DNA of 24,424 bases. Origin: Candidatus Brocadiia bacterium. Its GTDB lineage: Bacteria; Planctomycetota; Brocadiia; CAIUPP01. The position numbers were made by a program, and so were the translations under genes. Below, in pieces: positions 1 through 8,169 of this stretch. The DNA is taken from positions 1 to 24,424 of the forward strand of contig JBEKCB010000045.1 of the NCBI GenBank assembly GCA_050015075.1. Reading direction: 5' to 3'. The notes below the pieces were generated by a model, which saw nothing but the letters and a program-made list of their open reading frames with translations, made no database searches and had not been told where the DNA came from. The stretch's first letter is position 1. Every line of letters begins with the position of its first letter.

Positions 1-461
1 ACCTGCCGCAGGTTGTATTCCAAAACGATGGCGATGAGTTTCTGCAGCTCCGGCGGTTCCTCGGCGAAGTCGAGCATCGCCTCTTCATAGCCGCGCAGGT
101 CGGTCAACCGAAGGAACATGAACCCGTGCGGCAGGCCGATGTCCTCGGTGGGCGCGCTGAGCCCGTTCACATCCTCGCGGCGGGGAACCGGGTGACCGGT
201 GACAATGGCCTCGTGACCGTGATAGACATTACTCCAGACACATCCCCAGCCGTCAACGTGAGTCCCGGCGGCATATCGCGGCATGCCCACGGCATCATAG
301 TCGCGCGGCCCCTGCCGTGTGCCGAACAGTAACGGATGGCGCCGTGCGATCTCATCCAGCTTCTCTCGGTACTTCATCCACGCCGCCGGGAGCATGCCCA
401 TGCTCACGGGGATAAACTGCGGCCTGGCAAAGTTCATCGCCTTGTCGTGATCGCTACTCAT
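1..461 (-). CDS. Uroporphyrinogen decarboxylase / MtaA-CmuA methyltransferase family protein (3' part runs off the window)
   Basis: Absent from the ORF track. Manual translation from ATG 461 (GGAG RBS at 467-470): MSSDHDKAMNFARPQFIPVS...HVDGWGCVWSN...HGFMFLRLTDLRGYEEAMLDFAEEPPELQKLI. The DxWGxxW and LRGxE..xxD motifs are typical of this family. Confidence 0.85.
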   Translation of the reverse strand, partial: MSSDHDKAMNFARPQFIPVSMGMLPAAWMKYREKLDEIARRHPLLFGTRQGPRDYDAVGMPRYAAGTHVDGWGCVWSNVYHGHEAIVTGHPVPRREDVNGLSAPTEDIGLPHGFMFLRLTDLRGYEEAMLDFAEEPPELQKLIAIVLEYNLRQ

Positions 462-540
462 TCAGACTCCAAGGACTTTCAGGGCTACCCGGAATTTCGG
501 ATGGCCGCCCTCCACCTGATGGCCAGCCATCAAATGCCGG

Positions 541-569
541 ATTCTGACTTGGCGACTCCCGATTGTCAA
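541..569 (-). promoter_or_regulatory. sigma70-like promoter TTGACA-N17-CAGAAT (repeat copy A1)
   Basis: Perfect -35, 17-bp spacer, points to the ATG at 461. Confidence 0.7.
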
Positions 570-750
570 AGGGAAATCGCGCGGCGAAAGAAGGCCTCTG
601 CATTGACTGCCTCGACTACGATGCTCGTGTCGAAGGCGGGTCTGCTGCCGCCAGACCGGCACCGGGCGTAACTGAGAACACAGCCCGTATTTGAGCCACA
701 CTCGGCGCCTTGGAACTCTGTTCAAGACTGGCGGATCGCCGGAGAATTGC

Positions 751-779
751 TTGACGCGAGTAACCTCAGTCGTCAGACT
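751..779 (+). promoter_or_regulatory. sigma70-like promoter TTGACG-N17-CAGACT (repeat copy B1)
   Basis: Same geometry as the other copies, points to the GTG at 871. Confidence 0.6.
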
Positions 780-870
780 ACGACCTCTGACGCCTGGCCG
801 TCGCGTGGAGGGCGGCCATCTGAAATCCCAGGTACGATGCTGCGGTCGGGAAACAAGTTGGAGTGTTGCG

Positions 871-2067
871 GTGACGCACAAGGAGCGCATGCTGGCGACG
901 CTGCGCGGTGAGCCGACTGACGCGATTCCGTGGGCGCCGCGGCTGGACCTTTGGTACAACGCCCGCCAGCGCGCCGGCACGCTGCCGCCGAAGTATCGCA
1001 ACGCGGCGCTGTACGAGATCACCGACGATCTCGGCTGGGGCTTGCACGCGATCGTGCCGAACTTCAAGGACCTGCGCGACCCGGGCGATGACGCGCACCG
1101 CGCGCTGGGCGTTTACAATCTCTGGATGATGCCCTATGCAACGAAGTTCGAGGATGTTGACATCGCCGTGACGACTGAAGGCGACCGGACGCACGTGCGG
1201 TATCGCACGCCCGCCGGCTCCGTCTCGACGACGGTGGTGTATGACGAGAGCATGCGGCAGGCCGGCGCGACCATCACGCATATTTCAGAGCATGCGATCA
1301 AGGGCCGCCGGGACTACGCCGCCGTCGCGCACCTTTTCGACCACGCGCGCGTCGTGCCCAACGCACAGGGCTACGACGAATTCGCGGCGCGCGTTGGCCA
1401 GCGCGGGATGGCGTGCGCGGTCCTGAACGGGGCAGCCTCTCCGATGCACCTCCTGCAGCGCGAGCTGATGCCGATGGAGCTTTTCTTCTACGAGATGAAC
1501 GACCATCCCGACGAGTTGGCGAAGTGCGCGGAGAGCATCGGACGGTACTTCGAGCGCATGTTCGAGGTCGTCTCGAAATGCCCGGCGGACCTTTTCTTCC
1601 TCGGCGCGAACTACGACACGAACGTGACGTACCCGGCCTTCTTCCGCGCGCACATCCAGCCCTGGCTGAAGCGCTTCGCCGCCACGCTGCACGCGAAGGG
1701 GAAGTTCCTGCTGACGCACACCGACGGCGAGAACACCGGCCTGCTCGATTGCTACCTCAACAGCGCGATTGACGTGGCGGATTCCATCTGCCCCGCGCCG
1801 ATGACGAAGCTATCGTTTCGGCAGGTGCGCGACCACTTCGGCGGGCGGATCACGATCATGGGCGGAATTCCCTCGATCAGTCTGCTGAAGACTTCGATGT
1901 CGGACCGCGCGTTCGAGACCTACCTGGACGACTTCTTCTCGAACCTCGGCTCGGGCGATCATCTCATTCTAGGCATCTCCGACACCACGCCGCCCGGCGC
2001 GGAATTCGAGAGGCTTGAGCGCATTGCCGCCCGTACGCGCGCATTCGGGGCCGCGCGGCTGGGTTAG
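871..2067 (+). CDS. Uroporphyrinogen decarboxylase / MtaA-like family protein
   Basis: GTG start after GGAG. N-terminus MTHKERMLATLRGEPTDAIPW matches MTxRER...G..D.P; also HTDG, ITIMGGI and LILGISDTTPP at the C-terminus. Confidence 0.85.
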   Translation: MTHKERMLATLRGEPTDAIPWAPRLDLWYNARQRAGTLPPKYRNAALYEITDDLGWGLHAIVPNFKDLRDPGDDAHRALGVYNLWMMPYATKFEDVDIAVTTEGDRTHVRYRTPAGSVSTTVVYDESMRQAGATITHISEHAIKGRRDYAAVAHLFDHARVVPNAQGYDEFAARVGQRGMACAVLNGAASPMHLLQRELMPMELFFYEMNDHPDELAKCAESIGRYFERMFEVVSKCPADLFFLGANYDTNVTYPAFFRAHIQPWLKRFAATLHAKGKFLLTHTDGENTGLLDCYLNSAIDVADSICPAPMTKLSFRQVRDHFGGRITIMGGIPSISLLKTSMSDRAFETYLDDFFSNLGSGDHLILGISDTTPPGAEFERLERIAARTRAFGAARLG

Positions 2068-2127
2068 GCAGAGCGCCTTCGGCCGGGTGGATGGCTGATG
2101 AAGGGCCTGTTTCATAGGAGTTTTGTC

Positions 2128-3489
2128 ATGCTCAACATCGGCTTCGCATCGCGCGATATGACCCCGACGAGGCCCGCGATGCTCCAGGGCCAGATGCACC
2201 GGCGGATCGGCAGGAAGGCGCTTGACCCGGTCACCGTCAACGCGGTGGCGCTGGAGGACGATCAGACGAGAGAGAGCGCGGCGATAGTCTCCTGCGATCT
2301 CGCCCATCCCTCGGAAAACCTCTGTCGCGCGGTCCGCGAGCGCCTGCCTTCACGGTGTCCGGCGGCGCCGCGCGATCGGATGATCCTCGCGGCCACTCAT
2401 ACGCACACCTCCTTCGTCTTCGAGGAGGGATACTACGATCCTCCCGGCGGCGATGTCATGACGGCCGCCGAGTGCCGGGCGTGGATCGCCGAACACATCG
2501 CCCAGGCGGTTGTCGAGGCGTGGGAGCAGCGCAAGCCAAGGCGCCTCGCCCGCGCCTTCGGCCATGCCGTCGTCGGGCACAATCGTCTCGCGCTCTACGC
2601 CGACGGCCATGCGCAGATGTATGGAAAGACGGACCGGGACGACTTCGCCGGATTCGCCGGTTACGAGGACCACAGCCTCGACATGCTTTTCGCTTATGAG
2701 TCCGATGGCGCGCTCGCCGGCGTCGTCCTGGCGCTTCCCTGCCCTTCGCAGGAGACCGAGGAAATCGAGGAATTCTCCGCCGATTTCTGGCACGACATCC
2801 GGCTGGAGTTGCGCGAGCGGCTCGGCGGGCATCTGGCCGTGGTTGGCCTTTGCAGCCCCGCCGGAGACCAATCGCCGCACCGGCTCATCTACCAGGCGCA
2901 GGAGACGGAGATGCTCCAGCGCCGCGGGCTCTCCATGCGTCAGGAGATCGCCCGGCGTGTGGCCGACGCCGTGGATCGCGCGCTGGCCTGCACGCAGCCG
3001 GCGAAGGCCAAGGACTGGCCGTTGGTCGTTCGCGTCCGGCGCCTGGAATTAACCCGGCGCAAAATTACCCGAGCCGAGCGCGACTGGGCCGAGAAGACGC
3101 GCGCCGAATGGATCACCGGGAAGGGCGAATCGCAGTCCTGGTGGCCGACGCGCCAGCAAGTCGTTGTCGCCGGCTTCGACCACCCGCAGGAGGTCAAACC
3201 CTTCGAGATGGAGTTGCAGGTTTTGCGGCTGGGTGACATGGCGATCGCCGGCAACCCGTTCGAGCTGTTCCTCGACTACGGCCTTCAGATCAAGGCGCGC
3301 AGTCCCGCCGCGCAGACGATGCTGATTCAGCTCACCGGCGAGGGCATGTACCTGCCTTCCGCGCGATGCATGCAAGGGGGCGGCTACAGCGTTGTCCCCG
3401 CCGTCTCGGAGGTCGGTCCCGAAGGCGGCGCGGAACTGGTGAAGGAAACGCTCGCGACGATCAACGAGCTCTTCCCCGCGCAGGCGTGA
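2128..3489 (+). CDS. Neutral/alkaline ceramidase-like hydrolase (PVC-expanded family)
   Basis: AGGAG RBS. Motifs GFASRDMTP, IVSCDL, ILAATHTHTS, SADF, GDQSP, PFELFLDYGLQIKARSPA, YLPS...GGY. Confidence 0.75.
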   Translation: MLNIGFASRDMTPTRPAMLQGQMHRRIGRKALDPVTVNAVALEDDQTRESAAIVSCDLAHPSENLCRAVRERLPSRCPAAPRDRMILAATHTHTSFVFEEGYYDPPGGDVMTAAECRAWIAEHIAQAVVEAWEQRKPRRLARAFGHAVVGHNRLALYADGHAQMYGKTDRDDFAGFAGYEDHSLDMLFAYESDGALAGVVLALPCPSQETEEIEEFSADFWHDIRLELRERLGGHLAVVGLCSPAGDQSPHRLIYQAQETEMLQRRGLSMRQEIARRVADAVDRALACTQPAKAKDWPLVVRVRRLELTRRKITRAERDWAEKTRAEWITGKGESQSWWPTRQQVVVAGFDHPQEVKPFEMELQVLRLGDMAIAGNPFELFLDYGLQIKARSPAAQTMLIQLTGEGMYLPSARCMQGGGYSVVPAVSEVGPEGGAELVKETLATINELFPAQA

Positions 3490-3520
3490 ACAGGATAAAT
3501 GAGACACGCAACCACAGATG

Positions 3521-3549
3521 GCAAAATGGGCCGCAACTGGCCATTTTGT
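3521..3549. terminator. Bidirectional terminator-like hairpin
   Basis: GCAAAATGG(G)CC-GCAACT-GGCCATTTTGT lies between convergent genes. Confidence 0.55.
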
Positions 3550-3577
3550 TCTTAAAGGGTAGCCGCCGTTGCAGCAG

Positions 3578-4113
3578 CTACCTGTCGAGTTGGTCGAGGG
3601 CGTCGCCCTCGAGATCGCTCCGCCGCGCCGCCACAACGCCGACTAACTGCTCGTCCTCTTTGAGCCAGCTCTGGACGCGGAATGACGCGCCGGGCAGCGG
3701 GCCGCTGGCGTCTATCGGCCGTTCGGCCAGAAAGACCTTCAGCAGGTGGGGTAGCGATCACGAATGCGTCCGGCGGCGTAGCCGCTAGGAAACACGACAT
3801 CGTCTCCGATCCATATCTTCATGCCCAGGCGCTCTGCCTCGTCGAGAATAGTGTCCATGATTGCCCACCATTCGGGACCGGCGTAGTCCAGGAAACGCCG
3901 CGCCTCCAGCGGCACGGAATAGTCGGGCCGCGACTCGACGATGCACTGGCGGATGCCTGCCGAGCGCATCTTCTGCATCTCCTCGCGCAGGACTTCGGGC
4001 GGTTCGCCGTACTGCCAAAAGAGCGGCGCGATGAAGCCGGCCGGGGCCTCGCGAGGAGTCAGAGCACAAGCTATCGTCATGGACACCGATGATGCTTTCT
4101 TGGCCGTAGTCAA
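3578..4113 (-). pseudogene. Frameshifted, truncated N-terminal fragment of a GH106-like (alpha-L-rhamnosidase-type) glycoside hydrolase
   Basis: PLFWQYGE...EEMQKMRSAGIRQCIVESRP...WWAIMDTILDEAERLGMKIWIGDDVVFPSGYAAG. The frame breaks at the 4-G run 3748-3751, continues as LLKVFLAERPIDASGP... and stops at 3578, far shorter than full enzymes of this type. Confidence 0.75.
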
Positions 4114-4274
4114 CTCGCCTTTCCTGGAAATGCCGTTGCGCAACCATCGTATTGCCGGGCCTTCGTGAGATTGGTGAGCAGCGTCACAACCAAGGCGCCG
4201 CGTCTGCCCTGAGCGGTATTCACGTCATCCCCCTTTGTCATTAGCCGACCCGCAGAAGGTGGCATTGCCATTGA

Positions 4275-5597
4275 TCACCGCTCTTTGGGTGCTGAGCATG
4301 ACCGCGCACCATCCTTGACACCGCGCCCAGGTCGAGAATTCCCCGCGACGACGGGTGGGCCTTCGTGCGGCTGAGCGAGTTGAGTCACCACGCCCAGCCA
4401 GCCCAGCAAGGCGGCGGCAATTACGGTGGGGAAGGTCACCATCGGCAACACAACAAACCGGCCCACGGCAGCCAGCCCGCTGGCCGTCACGCCTTTGGAC
4501 GCGCGATATACGAACGCGTCAATGATTTCCTTGGCGCGGTAACGGGCGTCGAACGATAGCGGGACGTACAGTAATTCCTTGACGGCGCGGAAGACGGAGT
4601 AGTCGAGCACCTTGAACACCAGATAACAGGCCGCAGCGGTCCAAAGCCCCGGATTTGCGAACACGGCCGCAACCATCCCCAGATGCACGAGCGGGATCGC
4701 CAGGTAGATGAGCCGGTGGGATACGAAGGCGAGCGAGAGCGGCGCGATCACGAATTGGCAGACAGCCGATGCCATGTTGAGCAGCGCGTAGAACCCACCG
4801 AACCACTGCGTGCGCAGGTCCGCCAGCGGCAGCGCCTTCTCCGCGTAGAGGCTCAACTGCAACTCCGCCACGGTGGAGACAACCTGGGTGAGGGCGATCA
4901 GCAGCGCCAGCCTCCGCAGGACCGGCTCACGCATGAGAGTGCGGAGGCCGAGATGCCCGTGCTGCCCGTGCGCCTCGTCCATGGCCGGCTTCGGCTCTCC
5001 GCCGGCCCGATAGGCCACAACCGCAAAGAGGCCCGTCGGCACGAACGTGATGGCAGCCAGGAGGAGCAGGTTGACGCTGCCGAACTGAGTGGCATAGTGT
5101 TGCACAAACAGTCCGCCTGTAATCGAGCCGAGGGATGCAATGCCGCAGACGGGTCCGTTGAGCTTGCTGCCCTCGTCGGTGCGGACGGTGCTGTTGATGA
5201 ACGACCAGACCTGCTCGACGAGGAGTACGATGTAGGCCTCGCGGAAAGCATAGAGCACCGCAGTAGCGGGCCTCGCGCCGGCGCGGATGCCGGCGAAGCA
5301 GCCCAGGATCACCAGCGCAGAGAACGCCGAGGTGGTCAGGATAGCGGCGCGCGGGCCGGTCACGGACAAAAGGCGGCCGTACGCGTAAATGAACGCCAGC
5401 GTGGCAAGGGTGCCCAACGCCATGACAATGGGCAGGTTTCTCGCGCCGTAGGCGGCGATGAAGAGGGAGACGGAGACGCTGCGAACTAACTCATAGCCGC
5501 ATAGCAGGAAAGCCGCCGAAACCGCAATGGCTGCTGTGGCGGCAAGTCGGCCCGTGCGAATGCCGAGAAACGAGCGCCCGGCGGGTGTAGATTCCAT
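4275..5597 (-). CDS. MFS-fold nucleotide transporter-like protein (Npt/TLC ATP/ADP translocase family)
   Basis: About 12 hydrophobic segments; YELVRSVSVSLF, VEQVWSFINS, KVLDYSVFRAVKELLYVPL and RYRAKEIIDAFVYRASK are typical of the family. Confidence 0.8.
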   Translation of the reverse strand: MESTPAGRSFLGIRTGRLAATAAIAVSAAFLLCGYELVRSVSVSLFIAAYGARNLPIVMALGTLATLAFIYAYGRLLSVTGPRAAILTTSAFSALVILGCFAGIRAGARPATAVLYAFREAYIVLLVEQVWSFINSTVRTDEGSKLNGPVCGIASLGSITGGLFVQHYATQFGSVNLLLLAAITFVPTGLFAVVAYRAGGEPKPAMDEAHGQHGHLGLRTLMREPVLRRLALLIALTQVVSTVAELQLSLYAEKALPLADLRTQWFGGFYALLNMASAVCQFVIAPLSLAFVSHRLIYLAIPLVHLGMVAAVFANPGLWTAAACYLVFKVLDYSVFRAVKELLYVPLSFDARYRAKEIIDAFVYRASKGVTASGLAAVGRFVVLPMVTFPTVIAAALLGWLGVVTQLAQPHEGPPVVAGNSRPGRGVKDGARSCSAPKER

Positions 5598-5643
5598 GTT
5601 GTTCGACACTCAGCTTTTCCTGTTCCGCGCAGAACCCTGGGGC

Positions 5644-6006
5644 TTATTCTGCCGCCCTCGTGCGCCGCCGTTTGCAGGAATCTATTCTCTCATTACACGA
5701 AGCCTTGTCCACAAGCCGGCTGCCGCGTGCAGTGAGTTCATGCCGTTGGCCTGACCCACCAACCACCCGGGACCCACTCGTGGTTACCAGCATGGCCTGT
5801 TCGCCTTCGCCCTCTAACCAGTAGCTAAATCCACCGCACATGCGTGGGATCGGGAACCAGGCTTTGGATTCTTTGGCCGTAAGCAGCGGCGTCAATTCCG
5901 GTAACGCGAGATGATGCTCATCGATGAGCTTGGCAGCCCAACCGCGAATGACTGCATGAAGGTGGTGCTCGATGGCCAGGAGCGCGGTTTGGGGAACTTG
6001 TACCAC
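5644..6006 (-). pseudogene. Degenerate C-terminal remnant of a conserved hypothetical protein (domain recalled from ankyrin-repeat proteins)
   Basis: WFPIPRMCGGFSYWL...SRVVGGSGQRHELT resembles a recalled WFPVPGMYGGF...CRVVGGSGQRHEI motif with substitutions; no clear start or RBS. Confidence 0.45.
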
Positions 6007-6132
6007 TTACAGCCCTCCATCGCCAATCGACAACGCAAGCGGGGCTCTGCATGAACAGGCGGCGGACCAGTCCAACGCCCTACCGGGCCCGAATTGCGCT
6101 GCCGCCTACAGGACTCTATGCGGCTTATCACC

Positions 6133-6888
6133 TCACAATAGTTGAGGCGCTACTTCCCTTCTCCATCGCTCATGCAAGCCCCACCACAACGGAGAGTAAT
6201 TTCCTAGTTTATCGGCTTGGCGCGGATGCACCAAGGGCAGCAGGCGCAGGTCGTGATCGCCCACCCGAATTGCATGGAGACGACCGTACTCTGCCGCAGT
6301 CTCTCCGTAGTCGCCAAGCCGATCCTCCGAACCGAAGTACTTCGTGAACCAGCGCAGCGGCTGGTCCCCGAGAGTAATGAGAACGCTCGCCGCCGACTGA
6401 TGAAGTTCTACTTCAATCTCCGAACGCCGCTGCTCGTCTGCCAGCTTCTTCGGTACAGTTGGCCACTGCGGTTTCGGCAGACCCAGTCTCTCCATTGCCT
6501 GCGCCTGTCTCTCGTTCATGCAGCTATGAGGCACGAGATCGCAAAGCCACGCCTTATGCCGGCATAGTCCGAGAGGGGCGAGGAACAGGCCATCCAGAGC
6601 CCTGCCGGACGGCCCGTTGAACTGGCTGCTCGCTGGCTCAAGCCGGCCAGCCCCTTCCGGCAGCGGCATTTGGCGCAAGATCTCTTCGACCTTATCGCCG
6701 CCCCAGAAGATCTCAGGTTCCGATGCAACGGCCAGCGCGTTGATACGCAACTTGCCATCCGGCCCGACCCAACGGGCATGTACCGCGCTTGCATAGACGC
6801 CGAGGACAAATACCTGCTTGGCGGTCTTGTCTCGCTGCACGACCGGGAGAATCGGCTGTCCGAACGGAAAAGTGCCAATGCCGCTCAT
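6133..6888 (-). CDS. Uracil-DNA glycosylase-like superfamily protein
   Basis: GGAGG RBS before ATG 6888. VFVLGVY, FNGPSGRALD, WLCDLVPH, VLITLGD and LLPLVHP follow the UDG motif order. Confidence 0.65.
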   Translation of the reverse strand: MSGIGTFPFGQPILPVVQRDKTAKQVFVLGVYASAVHARWVGPDGKLRINALAVASEPEIFWGGDKVEEILRQMPLPEGAGRLEPASSQFNGPSGRALDGLFLAPLGLCRHKAWLCDLVPHSCMNERQAQAMERLGLPKPQWPTVPKKLADEQRRSEIEVELHQSAASVLITLGDQPLRWFTKYFGSEDRLGDYGETAAEYGRLHAIRVGDHDLRLLPLVHPRQADKLGNYSPLWWGLHERWRREVAPQLL

Positions 6889-6953
6889 GTCGGGCCTCCA
6901 CATTTGGCGCCCGCGAGCAGGATCGCCAAAATGCCAATGCGCCTCTTGCTCAT
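6885..6953 (-). pseudogene. 22-codon signal-peptide stub MSKRRIGILAILLAGAKCGGPT*
   Basis: Strong GGAGGGG RBS, basic n-region plus hydrophobic h-region, and a stop overlapping the UDG-like start (ATGA). Confidence 0.45.
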
Positions 6954-7032
6954 CACGTCCCCCTCCACGTGCCGCCATGTTGCACCGGCGATGGCAGGAC
7001 TCTATCACGAGGCTCTGACAGCGACCAACGGG

Positions 7033-7079
7033 AAAAACTGCGAGCAGGGGGTTTCACTTCTGTGCCCCCGACTCTGCGG
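7033..7079 (-). terminator. Hairpin plus T5 downstream of the FGE-domain gene (terminator and/or DGR-type stem-loop)
   Basis: Minus strand CCGCAGAGTCGGGGGCACAGAAGTGAAACCCCCTGCTCGCAG-TTTTT. Confidence 0.55.
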
Positions 7080-7125
7080 CCACGACGAACGGCCACGAGA
7101 AGGTAAACGAAAAGCGGCAAAGCGA

Positions 7126-8034
7126 TCACGGCCTCGGCGCGCAGACAACACGGAAACCGAAGACGTAGTCGTACCGGAACGACGGACCGTAGCCGAAGCG
7201 ATTGGCGGAGCGGCAGCGCCTCGGAAGGTCGAGCCAGGAACCGCCGCGCAACACGCGTATCTCACCTTTCTCCGGCCCCAGTGGGTCGTCGGTCGGACTC
7301 TTCTTGTAGTACCCTTCGTCATACCAATCCTGGCACCATTCCCACACGTTCCCGTGCATGTCATAAAGCCCAAACCCGTTCGCCGCAAAGCTCCCGACCG
7401 CCACAGTCTTCCCTCGGTATTCTCCCTTGCGCCCGTTTCCGTAGGCGGTGCTCCCATCGTAGTTCGCCTGGTCGGTCGAGATCGTTTCACCGGTATTGAA
7501 TGGTGTCCTCGTCCCCGCTCGACACGCATATTCCCACTCCGCCTCCGTCGGCAACCGGACCGTCTGCCCCGTCTTCGCCGACAGTTTCTTGCAGAATTCC
7601 ACCGCATCGTCCCAGGAGACCTGCTCCACGGGATTCCTTTCTCCCTTGAAATTCGATGGATTCACCTCCATCACTGCTTCGTATTGCGCCTGCGTCACCA
7701 CATAGACGCCCATGTAGAACGGCTTGGTGATCTTCACCCGGTGCTGCGGTTGCTCATTCTGGAACGACTCTGCCTTTGCTTCCTCACCGGCGCTCTTTCG
7801 TGCGACCTGCTCCGGCGGTTCATCTCCGCCCATCATGAACTCTCCAGCCGGAATAAGAACCAGCTTCATGCTCACGCCAACACTCAACCCAAGGGGTTGT
7901 ATAGTGCCGCAGTAAAAAGTCAACTCCTTCGGCTGCTTCACCGTTGGGCGGTCCTCCTCGGCCCGTGCAACTGCCATCATGCCCAGACTCGCCACCGCAA
8001 ACGTCATCAAAGTCCCCAAGAGTCGCTTCTTCAT
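7126..8034 (-). CDS. Secreted formylglycine-generating enzyme (FGE-sulfatase/SUMF1) domain protein
   Basis: Sec signal peptide; IPAGEFMMG, EQPQHRV, RLPTEAEWEYACRAG, NGFGLYDMHGNVWEWC, RGGSW, GFRVV. Confidence 0.92.
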   Translation of the reverse strand: MKKRLLGTLMTFAVASLGMMAVARAEEDRPTVKQPKELTFYCGTIQPLGLSVGVSMKLVLIPAGEFMMGGDEPPEQVARKSAGEEAKAESFQNEQPQHRVKITKPFYMGVYVVTQAQYEAVMEVNPSNFKGERNPVEQVSWDDAVEFCKKLSAKTGQTVRLPTEAEWEYACRAGTRTPFNTGETISTDQANYDGSTAYGNGRKGEYRGKTVAVGSFAANGFGLYDMHGNVWEWCQDWYDEGYYKKSPTDDPLGPEKGEIRVLRGGSWLDLPRRCRSANRFGYGPSFRYDYVFGFRVVCAPRP

Positions 8035-8053
8035 GGCTCTCGTCTCTTCTCCA

Positions 8054-8166
8054 AGCCGGGATTTCCCAGAGGGCCCCCGTTCACATGACGGTCAGCCGTC
8101 CAATGTCGCATTCTGACAACCGAGATCGCAGCGATCAAGCAATTCCTCGGCGGTCTGCCAGTCTTT
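8054..8166 (-). repeat. Dispersed promoter-leader repeat, copy B2
   Basis: AAGACTGGCAGACCGCCGAGGAATTGC-TTGATC-N17-CAGAAT-GCGACATTGGACGGCTGACCGTCATGTGAACGGGGGCCCTCTGGGAAATCCCGGCT, homologous to 723-833. Confidence 0.88.
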
Positions 8167-8169
8167 GCC

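Larger units (their letters stand above)
487..833. repeat. 347-bp divergent element with 83-bp imperfect inverted arms (copies A1 at 487-569 minus and B1 at 751-833 plus of the dispersed leader repeat)
   Basis: The reverse complement of 487-569 aligns ungapped with 751-833 at 56/83 by hand count (49/62 after the promoter spacer), including an identical GTGGAGGGCGGCCATC. Confidence 0.9.

Noticed and set aside
691-870. N-terminal extensions in the ORF track (691, 9403, 18435, 7008)
   Set aside because: They run through promoter, repeat or other intergenic DNA; RBS-supported starts lie at 871, 9628, 18528 and 6888.
4190-4242. Possible extra repeat copy (ATGACAAAGGGGGAT; GGCGCCTTGG on the minus strand)
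   Set aside because: No CAGAAT or leader at the right spacing; the matches are short enough to be chance.
6109-7005. 11-bp direct repeat CAGGACTCTAT flanking the UDG-like gene; also TGCAGGAATCTA at 5673 and 9296
   Set aside because: Matches of 11-12 bp are expected by chance in 24 kb, and there is no other support.
6670-8088. 472-aa plus-strand ORF
   Set aside because: Antisense shadow of the FGE and UDG-like genes; Arg/Pro-rich with no motifs.
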